Assembly (NCBI GenBank): GCA_964401865.1
Contig: CAYNZZ010000001.1
Span: forward strand, 150,001-182,000
Direction of reading: 5' to 3'
Source: an uncultured Erysipelotrichaceae bacterium
GTDB taxonomy: Bacteria > Bacillota_I > Bacilli_A > Erysipelotrichales > Erysipelotrichaceae
Length of the DNA: 32,000 bases
Positions 15,647 to 26,020 of the stretch are shown here, piece by piece (position 1 is the first letter of the stretch; the number at the start of each line of letters is the position of its first letter). The notes beneath the pieces are model-generated. The model saw only the letters and a list, made by a program, of their open reading frames with translations, had not been told where the DNA came from and ran no database searches. The translations under genes were made by a program, and so were the position numbers.

Positions 15647-16378
15647 ATGTTTAAAGTAATTATTGTTGAAAACTACGACGAAATCAGTAAAGAAGCATTT
15701 AAAGTAATGAAGGAGTTTCTAAAACCTGGCAAAGTATTGGGTTTGGCTACTGGTTCAAGTCCAATTGGATTATATAAAGAAATGATTAAAGATCATAAAG
15801 AAAATGGCACAAGTTATCAGGACATCACAACATTTAATCTTGATGAGTATGCCAACCTTCCAATAGAACACAAAGAAAGCTATTATTCTTTTATGCACGA
15901 AAATTTGTTTAATCACATTGATATAAAAGAAGAAAATGTACATGTGCCTAGTGGTTTAGGCGATCTTGAATCTAGTTGTAAGGCCTATGATGAAATGATT
16001 GATGAAAATCCAATTGATATTCAATTATTAGGTATTGGAGCTAATGGACATATTGGTTTTAATGAACCAAATACATCATTTGAAAGTGGCACTCATGTTA
16101 CTGATTTAACTGAGCAGACAAGAAAAGATAATGCTCGTTTCTTTGATCCGCTTGGTGAAGAAGTGCCTACACAAGCTTGTACAATGGGTTTAAAGACAAT
16201 TATGAAAGCTAAAAAGATCTTATTGGTAGCTAATGGTGAAAATAAAGCCAAAGCAATTAAGGGCATGCTAGAAGGGAAAGTGACTGAAGAAGTTCCAGCA
16301 TCAATTCTACAGAATCATGATGATGTAGTGGTGATTATTGATAAGGCTGCGAGCATATTACTAGAAAAAACATATTAA
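15647..16378 (+). CDS. nagB: Glucosamine-6-phosphate deaminase
   Basis: GLATGSSP, FNLDEY and LGIGANGHIGFNEP motifs; the length of 243 aa fits. Confidence 0.95.
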   Translation: MFKVIIVENYDEISKEAFKVMKEFLKPGKVLGLATGSSPIGLYKEMIKDHKENGTSYQDITTFNLDEYANLPIEHKESYYSFMHENLFNHIDIKEENVHVPSGLGDLESSCKAYDEMIDENPIDIQLLGIGANGHIGFNEPNTSFESGTHVTDLTEQTRKDNARFFDPLGEEVPTQACTMGLKTIMKAKKILLVANGENKAKAIKGMLEGKVTEEVPASILQNHDDVVVIIDKAASILLEKTY

Positions 16379-16412
16379 TCAACTATAATGAAAGTATATA
16401 AGGAGAAAAGTT

Positions 16413-16724
16413 ATGAAAAAAGTTAATCAAATAGAATTTGAAGAAATAGTTAAGAATGGATATACTTTAGTTGATTTTTTTGCGACATGGTGTGGACCAT
16501 GCAAGATGCTTGCGCCAATATTAGAAGAATTAGATAGCGAGTTTGAAAATGTCGACTTTGTAAAGGTTGATGTTGATGAAGAAAATGAACTAGCTGCAAG
16601 ATTTGGCATTATGTCTATTCCGGCCGTATATATGTTCAAAGATGGTGAAGTTGTTGCCAAGACTGGTGGATTTCAACCTAAGGCGCAGATTAAATCATTC
16701 ATTGAAACTGGTCTTAAGAAATAA
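16413..16724 (+). CDS. trxA: Thioredoxin
   Basis: 103 aa with active site WCGPCK; SD AAGGAG upstream. Confidence 0.95.
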   Translation: MKKVNQIEFEEIVKNGYTLVDFFATWCGPCKMLAPILEELDSEFENVDFVKVDVDEENELAARFGIMSIPAVYMFKDGEVVAKTGGFQPKAQIKSFIETGLKK

Positions 16725-16733
16725 GAATATTTA

Positions 16734-16757
16734 AAAAAGGAGAGCAATCTCCTTTTT
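16734..16757. terminator. Bidirectional rho-independent terminator between convergent trxA and the HD gene
   Basis: AAAAAGGAGA-gcaa-TCTCCTTTTT is a perfect stem flanked by an A-run and a T-run. Confidence 0.8.
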
Positions 16758-16769
16758 AAATTGTATTAG

Positions 16770-17987
16770 TTATTTTAGATTTGGTGCGAATAAATATGAT
16801 TCATGGTTGTCATTTACTTGGCTTAGCGATTTCATAATCGAAGACACTTCAGTGAATTCAAGTATTCTTCCGTCATTCAATAAAATATTTATCTTTTCTT
16901 TGCCATTAGATATATAAGGTCTTGTGGCATTAAAATTATGGCAATCTTTCAGTAAATAATAGTTGATATCTAGACTACTATTTTGTAGTTGATTTTTAAT
17001 GTAATTATAGTTTTCGTCATTGTTGACATATTCTTTGAATAAATCACGGTTTAATAGTCTTGATGATAAATCCGAAATGATAGAATCAGAATGTTTACTA
17101 AGTTTTTTTAGTAATTCGGTCATACTTCCGTCATCAAAAGATAAATATAGTTCAAGACTTGGGTTATTATCGTCGATTAGTTCGTCTAGATAATTAAACT
17201 CATCGGGACTTCTTTTTTTGATACATCTAATACGCGTAATTAAAGATACTAACATTTGTTCAAATATGCGAATATTGATATGGTAGTAAACTTGCCAAAA
17301 CATATGAAATCTAGCCATCAGATAGTCTTCAACCGCATAAATACCGCTTGCTTTGACTACTAATGAGTCATCTGTTACTCTTAGTGTTCTAAGTATTCTT
17401 TCAAGATCAAATTCTCCATACTTAGTGCCTGTGAAATAGGCATCGCGTAATAAATAATCCATTCTGTCAGCGTCTAATTGTGAAGAAATTAACTGCCAGC
17501 ATAACTTTTTTGGATAACTGTGGTCGATAATAGATACAACAATTTTGCTTAAACCTTCTTGATACGATTCCAATAGCTGATGAATATCGCTATTTTCCAG
17601 TATCATCAAAGCACTAGCTCTTTCGTGAGAAAAATTAGTCAATCTTTCAAAGACATGAGAAAAAGGCCCGTGTCCAACATCGTGCAATAAAGCGGAAATC
17701 ATGACATATATTTTTTCCTGCTCGCTTAATGCGTTACCTATATATGCATTTTCATATATCATTCGTCGAGCTATTTCATATACTCCTAAGGAATGGGAAA
17801 AACGGCTATGGTCGGCAGTAGGATAAACAATATATGTAACGCCTAGTTGCTTAATTCTTCTAAGTCTTTGAAAACTTGGGCAGGAAATCAAGTCATAAAT
17901 AATCTTCTTATCGACATGAATATATCCATGAATTGGATCACGGAAAACTTTCGATTCCTCGCAATTTAAAAATAATTTATTTTTCAT
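16770..17987 (-). CDS. HD-domain phosphohydrolase (COG1078 / SAMHD1-like dNTP triphosphohydrolase family)
   Basis: FRDPIHGYIHV, RLRRIKQLG, HSRFSHSLGV, LLHDVGHGPFSH and DADRMDYLLRD motifs. It overlaps ispF by 11 nt. Confidence 0.85.
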   Translation of the reverse strand: MKNKLFLNCEESKVFRDPIHGYIHVDKKIIYDLISCPSFQRLRRIKQLGVTYIVYPTADHSRFSHSLGVYEIARRMIYENAYIGNALSEQEKIYVMISALLHDVGHGPFSHVFERLTNFSHERASALMILENSDIHQLLESYQEGLSKIVVSIIDHSYPKKLCWQLISSQLDADRMDYLLRDAYFTGTKYGEFDLERILRTLRVTDDSLVVKASGIYAVEDYLMARFHMFWQVYYHINIRIFEQMLVSLITRIRCIKKRSPDEFNYLDELIDDNNPSLELYLSFDDGSMTELLKKLSKHSDSIISDLSSRLLNRDLFKEYVNNDENYNYIKNQLQNSSLDINYYLLKDCHNFNATRPYISNGKEKINILLNDGRILEFTEVSSIMKSLSQVNDNHESYLFAPNLK

Positions 17988-18450
17988 TTAATAAGACTAT
18001 AGCTGTCGCTACAACTCCTTTGCTTTCGCCTACAAAACCAAGTTTTTCACCCCTAGTTGCTTTCACACTAACCCTAGAAATGTCAGTGTGACAAGTTTTT
18101 GCGATGTTGCTACGCATCGTTTCAATATGTGGTGCCATTTTTGGTTTTTCGATTAAAATCAAAGAATCGATATTCCCGATTTCGTATCCTCTATCTTCCA
18201 TTATTTTTACTACTTCTTTTAATAAAATAAGCGAAGAAATTCCTTTGTATTTTGGATCATTATCTGGGAAATGATGCCCTAAATCTCCGAGCGCCAACGC
18301 ACCAAGGATGCTTTCACTTATTGCGTGTAACAATGCATCGCCATCACTGTGAGCGACTAAAGAAAAATCACATTCTATTTTTACTCCGCCTAAGGTGATA
18401 TAATCTCCCTTATCTAATTGATGAATATCTATTGATTGTCCAATGCGCAT
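17977..18450 (-). CDS. ispF: 2-C-methyl-D-erythritol 2,4-cyclodiphosphate synthase
   Basis: 157 aa with GQSIDIHQL, HSDGDALLHA, GDLGHHFP and the ATRGEKLGF region. Confidence 0.95.
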   Translation of the reverse strand: MRIGQSIDIHQLDKGDYITLGGVKIECDFSLVAHSDGDALLHAISESILGALALGDLGHHFPDNDPKYKGISSLILLKEVVKIMEDRGYEIGNIDSLILIEKPKMAPHIETMRSNIAKTCHTDISRVSVKATRGEKLGFVGESKGVVATAIVLLNEK

Positions 18451-18550
18451 AATATTATCTCCTACTTATATTTTAGCTTATTTATTTTATAGTTAAATAG
18501 AAAAGATAAAGTAATCATATAAACGATAATAAAAGTGATAAGATGAAAGT

Positions 18551-19921
18551 ATGGAAATTCAAGAAATAATCACAAGACAAAGGGAGTATTTTAATCAGGG
18601 CAAAACTTTAGATGTTAAATGCCGTATTGATATTTTAAAAAGATTGAAGTCAGGAATATTAAATAATTTAGATGGAATATATAATGCATTGTATCTCGAT
18701 TTGGGAAAAAGTAAGAGCGAAGCATACTTTTGTGAAGTGGGTATGGTGTTAAATGAGATTGATTATATGCTTAGACATGTAAAATCCTTTGCGCGCGATA
18801 AAAGAGTGCACACACCAATTGCTCAATTTCACGCGAAATCATATCGCAAATCAAGTCCATATGGGGTTGTACTGATTATGAGTCCATGGAATTATCCGTT
18901 TATGCTCAGTATAGAACCGTTGGTTGATGCTTTGGCTGCTGGCAATGTAGCTTGCATAAAACCAAGCGCTTATTCGCCTAATACATCATCAATAATAGAG
19001 AAGTTATGTAGTGAAGTCTTTAAAGCGGAAGAAGTAGCAGTTATCCAAGGTGGTAGAAAAGAAAATCAAGCTTTGCTGGAACAGAAGTTTGATTATATCT
19101 TTTTTACAGGTAGCACAAATGTCGGTAAAGAAGTAATGAGTAAGGCTAGTGTTCATTTAACTCCTGTTACTTTGGAACTCGGTGGAAAATCGCCAACCAT
19201 TGTTGAAGCTAGTGCTAATATTGCATTAGCTGCTAAAAGAATTGTGTTTGGAAAATATTTGAACGCCGGTCAAACCTGTGTTGCACCTGATTATATATTG
19301 GTAGATAAAAAGATACACAATGAATTTTTGGAAGCCGTAAAAGAAGAGATAGAAAAACAATATGGTAAAAATGCCTTATACCAAGATGATTATGGAAAAA
19401 TAGTTAATGAAAAACATTTTGATCGTTTAACTGCCTTAATAAATCAAGATAAGGTTGTTGTGGGTGGCAAAAGCGATAAAAATGTATTAAAAATCGAACC
19501 GACTGTATTAGACAATGTTGGTTTTAATGATGCAATAATGCAGGAAGAAATATTTGGGCCTATAATGCCTATCATTGCTTATGATAATCTAGATGATATT
19601 ATTAAAAAGATAAAGGAGCTTCCTCATCCATTTGCCTTATATTTATTTACTTCAGATAAAAAAGTCATTGATAAAGTGACCGATTCAGTTAATTTTGGCG
19701 GTTCTTGTATAAATGATACGATTATACATCTTGCAACTAGTGCTATGCCTTTTGGCGGAGTAGGAGAAAGTGGTATGGGCGCATATCATGGTAAAGTAGG
19801 ATTTGAAACATTTTCTCATACAAAAAGTATTGTAAATAAAAAGACCTGGATAGATCTTCCTTTAAGGTATCGTCCATATACCCCATTAAAAGATAAGATA
19901 ATCAAAGTCTTTATGAAATAA
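18551..19921 (+). CDS. Aldehyde dehydrogenase family protein (ALDH3-like)
   Basis: FTGST.VGK, LELGGKSP, catalytic Cys in GQTCVAPDY, and EEIFGP. Confidence 0.9.
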   Translation: MEIQEIITRQREYFNQGKTLDVKCRIDILKRLKSGILNNLDGIYNALYLDLGKSKSEAYFCEVGMVLNEIDYMLRHVKSFARDKRVHTPIAQFHAKSYRKSSPYGVVLIMSPWNYPFMLSIEPLVDALAAGNVACIKPSAYSPNTSSIIEKLCSEVFKAEEVAVIQGGRKENQALLEQKFDYIFFTGSTNVGKEVMSKASVHLTPVTLELGGKSPTIVEASANIALAAKRIVFGKYLNAGQTCVAPDYILVDKKIHNEFLEAVKEEIEKQYGKNALYQDDYGKIVNEKHFDRLTALINQDKVVVGGKSDKNVLKIEPTVLDNVGFNDAIMQEEIFGPIMPIIAYDNLDDIIKKIKELPHPFALYLFTSDKKVIDKVTDSVNFGGSCINDTIIHLATSAMPFGGVGESGMGAYHGKVGFETFSHTKSIVNKKTWIDLPLRYRPYTPLKDKIIKVFMK

Positions 19922-20533
19922 TCATTTTATTGAACAACCATGAATATCACATGTCATTCCTATGACATTTTTATGAGATTCAAAAATATCAAATAGTTCT
20001 TTTTCTTGTTCGCTGTCAAATAAATCGTAAGGGGTTTGATTTTCTTTTAAATCCACACCTCCATAGTGATATGAAATAATGGCACCATTACTTCCAAATA
20101 AGACAAGTGGTAAAGAGATATTGTAAGTATTGGGAACTTCTTCTAATTCTTCACCAACTTTTGCAACACAGTTGGTCATAATATCTTTGAATTCGTTAAT
20201 TAATAGTTGATAATCATCATCGCCCTTATAATCTAGAACATATTTGCCATCGGTTTTAATATAGATAGGGCGTTTTTTATCCATATTTATATAAGTGATG
20301 CGTTCATTTTCTTTTTTAGCATATTTGATTAAAACTGGCAACAAACTACGACACCAAGGGCACCAATTTGCACCAAAGTATAAGATTGATTCATCGCTGT
20401 TTTTGTATATTTCGATTGCATCTTTAATTGAAACACTATCAATTATAGAGTCGTCTATTGTTACGCTTTGATAGATAAATTTCCCTTTTCTTAAAGTCCC
20501 GTTTAGTGATTCATATTCTTCTTTTACAGACAT
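19922..20533 (-). CDS. Thioredoxin-fold protein (WCPWC active site)
   Basis: YFGANWCPWCRSLLP is a thioredoxin-like CxxC motif. No signal peptide is present. There is an extra C-terminal CDIHGC pair. Confidence 0.75.
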   Translation of the reverse strand: MSVKEEYESLNGTLRKGKFIYQSVTIDDSIIDSVSIKDAIEIYKNSDESILYFGANWCPWCRSLLPVLIKYAKKENERITYINMDKKRPIYIKTDGKYVLDYKGDDDYQLLINEFKDIMTNCVAKVGEELEEVPNTYNISLPLVLFGSNGAIISYHYGGVDLKENQTPYDLFDSEQEKELFDIFESHKNVIGMTCDIHGCSIK

Positions 20534-20534
20534 A

Positions 20535-21245
20535 TTATTCTCCTTTTACATCTAGTGACACTTCTTTTTTTAACTTGTTTATTTCTTCTTGGCTTAAATA
20601 TCGCCATTTAGATATTTCTAGATTATCTAGATTTAAAAATGAAAATTCAACTCTTTTTAAATAGGTTACTTTATTGTTGATTTTTTCAAACATTCTTTTA
20701 ACCTGATGATACTTCCCTTCGTGAATGCTTAAATAGGCACTTGTTTCATTAATCTTCTCAAAAACCGAACCTTTAGTAATGAAGTCATCAAGTTCCATAG
20801 GAGCTTCTAGTATTTCCTTGGCATTACTGACTAGAGGAAACTCTAGTTCGACATAATATTTCTTATTTACATGGTACTTAGGGGATATCAGTCGATGAGA
20901 TAATTCTCCGTCATTAGTTATCAACAGCAATCCTTCGGTATCTAAGTCTAAACGTCCAACAATAAATAAATCTTTTCTTCTTGAGTTCACCAATTCCAAA
21001 ACGGTAGGATACTTGTTGTCGGTATTGGCCGAAACATAACCGGATGGTTTATTTAATATTACGTATTCAAATTCTACATAGTCAATAATTTTATCATCAA
21101 CTAATACTTTATCAGTCAAATTTACATTAAAATCAGATTTTACTACAACATTACCATTAACTTTTACGCGTTTATTTTTGATGATTTGTTTTGCATCTTT
21201 ACGACTAATAAAACCCATATCAGCTAAGTATTTATCTAATCTCAT
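20535..21245 (-). CDS. rRNA pseudouridine synthase (RsuA/RluB family) with N-terminal S4 domain
   Basis: MRLDKYLA (S4 domain), NKPSGYVS, and GRLDLDTEGLLLITNDGELSHRL containing the catalytic Asp. Confidence 0.9.
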   Translation of the reverse strand: MRLDKYLADMGFISRKDAKQIIKNKRVKVNGNVVVKSDFNVNLTDKVLVDDKIIDYVEFEYVILNKPSGYVSANTDNKYPTVLELVNSRRKDLFIVGRLDLDTEGLLLITNDGELSHRLISPKYHVNKKYYVELEFPLVSNAKEILEAPMELDDFITKGSVFEKINETSAYLSIHEGKYHQVKRMFEKINNKVTYLKRVEFSFLNLDNLEISKWRYLSQEEINKLKKEVSLDVKGE

Positions 21246-22606
21246 TCAAATATCCATCCTTTTGCAATCTTGTTTTTAAATATTCCGTTGGTGATTTTAG
21301 AAAATCCTAAACTATAATTATTGACACATACCAAATTATACCCTTCATCATAGTTGTGATCGCTTATATCAATAGTTTCACCCTTTAGATATTTAATGAC
21401 TCTTTCATCGTCAATGTTTAAATTAATGATATTCCTAAATTCATCTTTTTTTAATGCAAGAGCCAGAGCTTGACTTGGGGCAAAGTTTTTTCCTTTAACA
21501 CTGCCAAGATGAAGTCCGGATCTCAAAACTCTGATATGTGATGTATCAAACGAAATGTTTGGAAGAAGATAGATATCATCATTTATCTGTTTAAAAATTC
21601 TACCATTTAAATTCCAATTAATTAGGCTTAAAAAATCATTAAACCCATCATTTTTGATAATGTCACTTTTTAAATGATAATTAAATATTTTATTATCTGT
21701 TCCTAGCTTGCGTATTTTACATGCGAAATGACCTTCGCCATTGATTCTGTGAGGGTATAGGCGTACTGCTTTTTTGAGTTCATCATTTCCATTGTATGCA
21801 ATCCCGCTAGAAAACCCATCAATTTTGTCGATAGGTAAAATTTCCAAGTTGTCGTTATTTGATAGTAGATAATCAATAATAGCTTCATTTTCTTTGATAT
21901 CAAATGTGCAAGTGGAATATAACATTTCACCACTTGGTTTAAGAAGTTTTATTGCTGAATCGACAATGTTTTTTTGAATATTTGTATATTCTTCTTTAGA
22001 CTTTTTCTTATAGTTTTTAATCATTGCAGAATCTTTTCTGAACATACCCTCACCTGAACATGGAGCATCAATTATAATTTTGTCGAAAAAACATTGGTAA
22101 TTATTGATTAAATTATTGATATCTAGTGCGGTGACATAAGCGTTTTTAATGCCGAAACGCTCAATATTTTTAAGCAGTGCATTAGCTCTTGATGGAGATA
22201 TATCGTTGGCAATAAGAATTCCACTGTCATTTAAATCTGAAGCAATTTTTGTTGACTTTCCTCCAGGTGCTGCACATACATCTAATACTGTATCGCCTTT
22301 ATTTACTTTCAAAGCACAAGCCGGTAACATGGCGCTGGGTTCTTGCAAGTAATATAATCCAGCATAATAATAAGGATGTTTAGAAACAGGATTATTTTCA
22401 TTATAGTAAAATCCGTCTTTGGTCCAAGGTATCGGTTTTAAATCGAATGGGAAAATATTTAAGAATTCATCGACAGATATTTTGCTGGTATTAACTCTTA
22501 AACCATTAAAAGAGTGTTCATCAAAAGAATTTAGGTATTTTCCAAAATCTTCTTTTAACAATTCTTGCATTTCATTTAAGAAATCTTCATCTAATGGATA
22601 TTTCAT
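21242..22606 (-). CDS. RsmB/RsmF-family rRNA cytosine-C5 methyltransferase
   Basis: SAM-binding site VLDVCAAPGGKST, then DAPCSGEGMFRK and YSTCT (catalytic cysteines). A 4-nt overlap links it to the downstream pseudouridine synthase gene. Confidence 0.9.
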   Translation of the reverse strand: MKYPLDEDFLNEMQELLKEDFGKYLNSFDEHSFNGLRVNTSKISVDEFLNIFPFDLKPIPWTKDGFYYNENNPVSKHPYYYAGLYYLQEPSAMLPACALKVNKGDTVLDVCAAPGGKSTKIASDLNDSGILIANDISPSRANALLKNIERFGIKNAYVTALDINNLINNYQCFFDKIIIDAPCSGEGMFRKDSAMIKNYKKKSKEEYTNIQKNIVDSAIKLLKPSGEMLYSTCTFDIKENEAIIDYLLSNNDNLEILPIDKIDGFSSGIAYNGNDELKKAVRLYPHRINGEGHFACKIRKLGTDNKIFNYHLKSDIIKNDGFNDFLSLINWNLNGRIFKQINDDIYLLPNISFDTSHIRVLRSGLHLGSVKGKNFAPSQALALALKKDEFRNIINLNIDDERVIKYLKGETIDISDHNYDEGYNLVCVNNYSLGFSKITNGIFKNKIAKGWIFE

Positions 22607-22654
22607 ATTGTTATTATAACATTTTGTCTATCTTTGTAATGATTAGGTAAATAA

Positions 22655-25600
22655 CTATTCAGATCTTAACGCATTTACAGGATCTTGTTTAGCCGCTTTT
22701 CTTGAAGGGATTAAGCCAGATATCAAAGTTAGTACGACACTAATGCAAATAAGTATCAAAGCCGGGATTGGATTTAACACTGCTGTAATATCTGCATTAA
22801 CACTATGAATCACGCTATTGATTGGCAATAGTAATAAATATGTAACTAAAATACCTAAACTTCCTGACAATAATCCGATAATGAAAGTCTCGGCATTGAA
22901 TATTGATGAGACATTATTTTTTGAGGCACCCATAGCTCTTAAAATTCCTATCTCTTTCGTTCTTTCCATAACACTTATCAATGTGATTACCGCAATCATT
23001 ATTGACGAAACGATCAAACTAATTGATACAAAAGCAATCAATACATATGTCACACTACTGATAACTGTTTGGACGCTAGACATTAACAAACCAGTCATAT
23101 CGGTGTATGAAATTTGTTTTTCTTCTGTAACAGAATCGTTATATTTATCGATTAAATCTAAAAAATCACTCTTAGCATCAAAACCATTAAAGTAAATAGA
23201 CATAGACGAAGGTTCTTCTATGTCTTGATAACCTAGGAATATAAGATTGTTATTGTAACTTGCGTTTGTTCTTTGCATCATGCTGGACATTAATCTAGAT
23301 AATTCGTCTTCATCCATATTGAAATTGAATGCTTTTTTAAATTTATCGGCATCAACAGTCATGATATCTTTGCTAAAAACATCTTGAAGTCCTGACAGAG
23401 AAGAAAGTGTAGGTTCCATTACTGCTTGAACGCTAGAACCAATCGATGCAGCAACTACATAGAAAGTATAATTATTTATGATGTTATTGATTGCTGAAGT
23501 AGTATAGGCGATAGCTTTTTCGTTTCCCATAACATCAGACAATAATTTCAAACTAACAATAGGATTGGTAAGATCGTTTGGATTTTTGTATATTACAAAA
23601 GTTTGTTTATCATTTATCTGGTCCAGATAATCTTTAAACATATCTTTTGATGAATCTGGCAAAGAGTCTTTAGTATATGATTCATAAATTACTTTGTTGT
23701 TGAAGCTGATGTTTTTGACTTCATCGTAATAATTTAAAAACATTTCTCTAACACTGCTTGATAGATTTTCATAATCGCTATCTTGCAGAACTTGAAGCAA
23801 TTCTTTGTATTGGCTTGTTTCAGGGCTGATCTCTAACATATAGTTTAAAGTATTTTTATAGTTATTTTTATCAATATTTAAACTAAAAGTATCGACATTA
23901 TCTAAGCTTAATGTAACAACGCCATTTTCTTTATCAACTTCAGTTATATTATCTTTCTCATAAGAACTGATATAGTTTTGCAGCATGCCGGTATTAATGA
24001 TGGTGAAGATACTTACCATGTCATTTACACTTGGACCGCTCGTGATTGAATCGACAGTTTTTGATGCATTATCAAAAATGATTTTTTGCAGTTGCTCTTC
24101 GCTTATTGTGTCAAATTTAAAGTCACTTTCGGATATATTAACTTTAAATGCCTCTTTTAACAAATTTTCATCAATAGAAACTAAATCATTAAAATCAATG
24201 TCATTTCCCTCAGAATCGTCGCCGAATTCAGTATTAGAAAAGATATCAATGTTTTTGTTAGCTAATTGCTTTTGCACAATAACAGATTTTTCTGCATCTT
24301 CAATAATGCGATATATTAATTCGTCACTGTACAAAATTCCTGAACTGTTATCATCACTTAAAGCGATTCCGGTAATTTTCAACTGCGTACTCTCGTCATA
24401 GACTTTTTGCATATGAATTTCATCTTTCGACATATCTTCATAAGTATTGTAGTCACTGTTATATTTGTACAGTTTATTTGCATCGATGAGCTTTAATTCT
24501 ATATCCATCAATTCATCATAAGAAATAACCATTTGTTTATTTCTAATCGTCACATCTTCGCCGTTCATTATCTGCTGGATAATTTTTTGCAATTCATTAA
24601 TATCTCTCAATCCTAAAGAATACACAAACAAGTCGGATATCATATCTTTAGAATTTAACACCATTAACACTTCATCGTAATTATGAGGGTATTCTCCTGC
24701 TAATAGAGTTTTGCCTTTTTCGATTTCATCGAAATCAGCTTTCATAAAAGAAGAGCCCATACCGTTTGATGCAGACATTGAAGATATCATCGATACTACT
24801 GCATCAGAGTAAATCGTTGACATTATAGTACTAGGATTTAATTGTACAATTTTATTGTTGACATCTCTTGTGTAAATTAATGGTGAGACTGAATAAGAAT
24901 ATTCTATTTTTGTCACAATATCATGGTGCAAATTTTCATTATTTTCTAACCATTCTTTAAAACTTTTAATATCATTAGAACCAAAACTATTAGTTATTGA
25001 AGTGATGATAGGTATTTCTTTAACGTAGCCATCTTCTATTTTGTCATCGCTTTCTAACTTTTTACCCATCATACTACCGAAGAAATTATTGGTATCACTT
25101 TGGATAGTTAAAGGATAAGAAGCCATAGTATCTTCTTGTATTTTATCTACATAGTTCTGAAAACCTTGGGATAGTGACAAAATCAGAGCGATACCAATAA
25201 TACCGATTGAACCGGCAAAAGCCGTTAATATCGTTCTTCCTTTTTTAGATAAAAGATTATTAAAAGACAGTGATAAAGCTGTGGACAAGTTCATCTTGGC
25301 TTTCCCTAAGTTACGATGAGTTACAGGCTTTTCTTCTTCTATAATAAATGGATCACTATCGCCAATGATTTTTCCATCTTTGATATTTACGATTCTTGTG
25401 GCGTATTCTTTAGCTAATTCCGGATTGTGCGATACCATTACTACTAATCGATCTTTTGCCACTTTTTTCAACAAATCCATAACTTGATAGCTAGTTTTGC
25501 TGTCAAGGGCACCCGTTGGCTCGTCGGCAAGTAAAATATCTGGATCATTTACCAATGCACGTGCAATAGCGACACGCTGCATCTGTCCGCCTGACATTTG

Positions 25601-26020
25601 ATTAGGTTTTTTATGAGCTTGTTCTTTTAAACCTACTTCTTCTAACGCTTGAAGTGCTTTCTTGGTTCTTTCTTTTTTCGGAACTCCTGAAATGGTTAAA
25701 GCCAACTCAACGTTTTTTAATACTGTTTGGTGAGAAATTAAGTTGTATGATTGAAAAACAAAGCCTATTGTGTGGTTACGATATGAATCCCAGTCTCTGT
25801 CCTTGTATTTTTTGGTTGAGACAGAGTTGATAATCAAATCTCCTTCGTCATAATGATCTAATCCGCCGATGATATTTAGCAATGTTGTCTTTCCTGAACC
25901 ACTTGGTCCAAGTATGGCTACGAATTCATTGTCTCTTAAATTCAAACTTACATCGTCCAAGGCTTTTTGAACTAAATCGCCAGTTTTATATACTTTTTTG
26001 ATATTTTTAATCTGTAACAT
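22655..26020 (-). CDS. Fused ABC transporter ATPase plus MacB/FtsX-type permease with a very large extracytoplasmic domain
   Basis: The N-terminal ATPase has [18 protein letters not shown] and [14 protein letters not shown]1 spans about residues 262-285, followed by a roughly 690-aa non-hydrophobic region. The C-terminus is an FtsX-type 3-TM bundle ending [16 protein letters not shown] lies 7 nt upstream of the ATG. Confidence 0.9.
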   Translation of the reverse strand: MLQIKNIKKVYKTGDLVQKALDDVSLNLRDNEFVAILGPSGSGKTTLLNIIGGLDHYDEGDLIINSVSTKKYKDRDWDSYRNHTIGFVFQSYNLISHQTVLKNVELALTISGVPKKERTKKALQALEEVGLKEQAHKKPNQMSGGQMQRVAIARALVNDPDILLADEPTGALDSKTSYQVMDLLKKVAKDRLVVMVSHNPELAKEYATRIVNIKDGKIIGDSDPFIIEEEKPVTHRNLGKAKMNLSTALSLSFNNLLSKKGRTILTAFAGSIGIIGIALILSLSQGFQNYVDKIQEDTMASYPLTIQSDTNNFFGSMMGKKLESDDKIEDGYVKEIPIITSITNSFGSNDIKSFKEWLENNENLHHDIVTKIEYSYSVSPLIYTRDVNNKIVQLNPSTIMSTIYSDAVVSMISSMSASNGMGSSFMKADFDEIEKGKTLLAGEYPHNYDEVLMVLNSKDMISDLFVYSLGLRDINELQKIIQQIMNGEDVTIRNKQMVISYDELMDIELKLIDANKLYKYNSDYNTYEDMSKDEIHMQKVYDESTQLKITGIALSDDNSSGILYSDELIYRIIEDAEKSVIVQKQLANKNIDIFSNTEFGDDSEGNDIDFNDLVSIDENLLKEAFKVNISESDFKFDTISEEQLQKIIFDNASKTVDSITSGPSVNDMVSIFTIINTGMLQNYISSYEKDNITEVDKENGVVTLSLDNVDTFSLNIDKNNYKNTLNYMLEISPETSQYKELLQVLQDSDYENLSSSVREMFLNYYDEVKNISFNNKVIYESYTKDSLPDSSKDMFKDYLDQINDKQTFVIYKNPNDLTNPIVSLKLLSDVMGNEKAIAYTTSAINNIINNYTFYVVAASIGSSVQAVMEPTLSSLSGLQDVFSKDIMTVDADKFKKAFNFNMDEDELSRLMSSMMQRTNASYNNNLIFLGYQDIEEPSSMSIYFNGFDAKSDFLDLIDKYNDSVTEEKQISYTDMTGLLMSSVQTVISSVTYVLIAFVSISLIVSSIMIAVITLISVMERTKEIGILRAMGASKNNVSSIFNAETFIIGLLSGSLGILVTYLLLLPINSVIHSVNADITAVLNPIPALILICISVVLTLISGLIPSRKAAKQDPVNALRSE

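Noticed and set aside
21703-22619. ORFs 21703-21933 (-), 22149-22352 (+) and 22419-22619 (+)
   Set aside because: They are alternative-frame or antisense ORFs within the RsmB/F methyltransferase gene, with no independent support.
22818-24401. + strand ORFs 22818-23195 and 23985-24401
   Set aside because: They are antisense to the 1121-aa ABC transporter gene. Their hydrophobic, Ile/Leu/Ser-rich composition mirrors the sense-strand codons.
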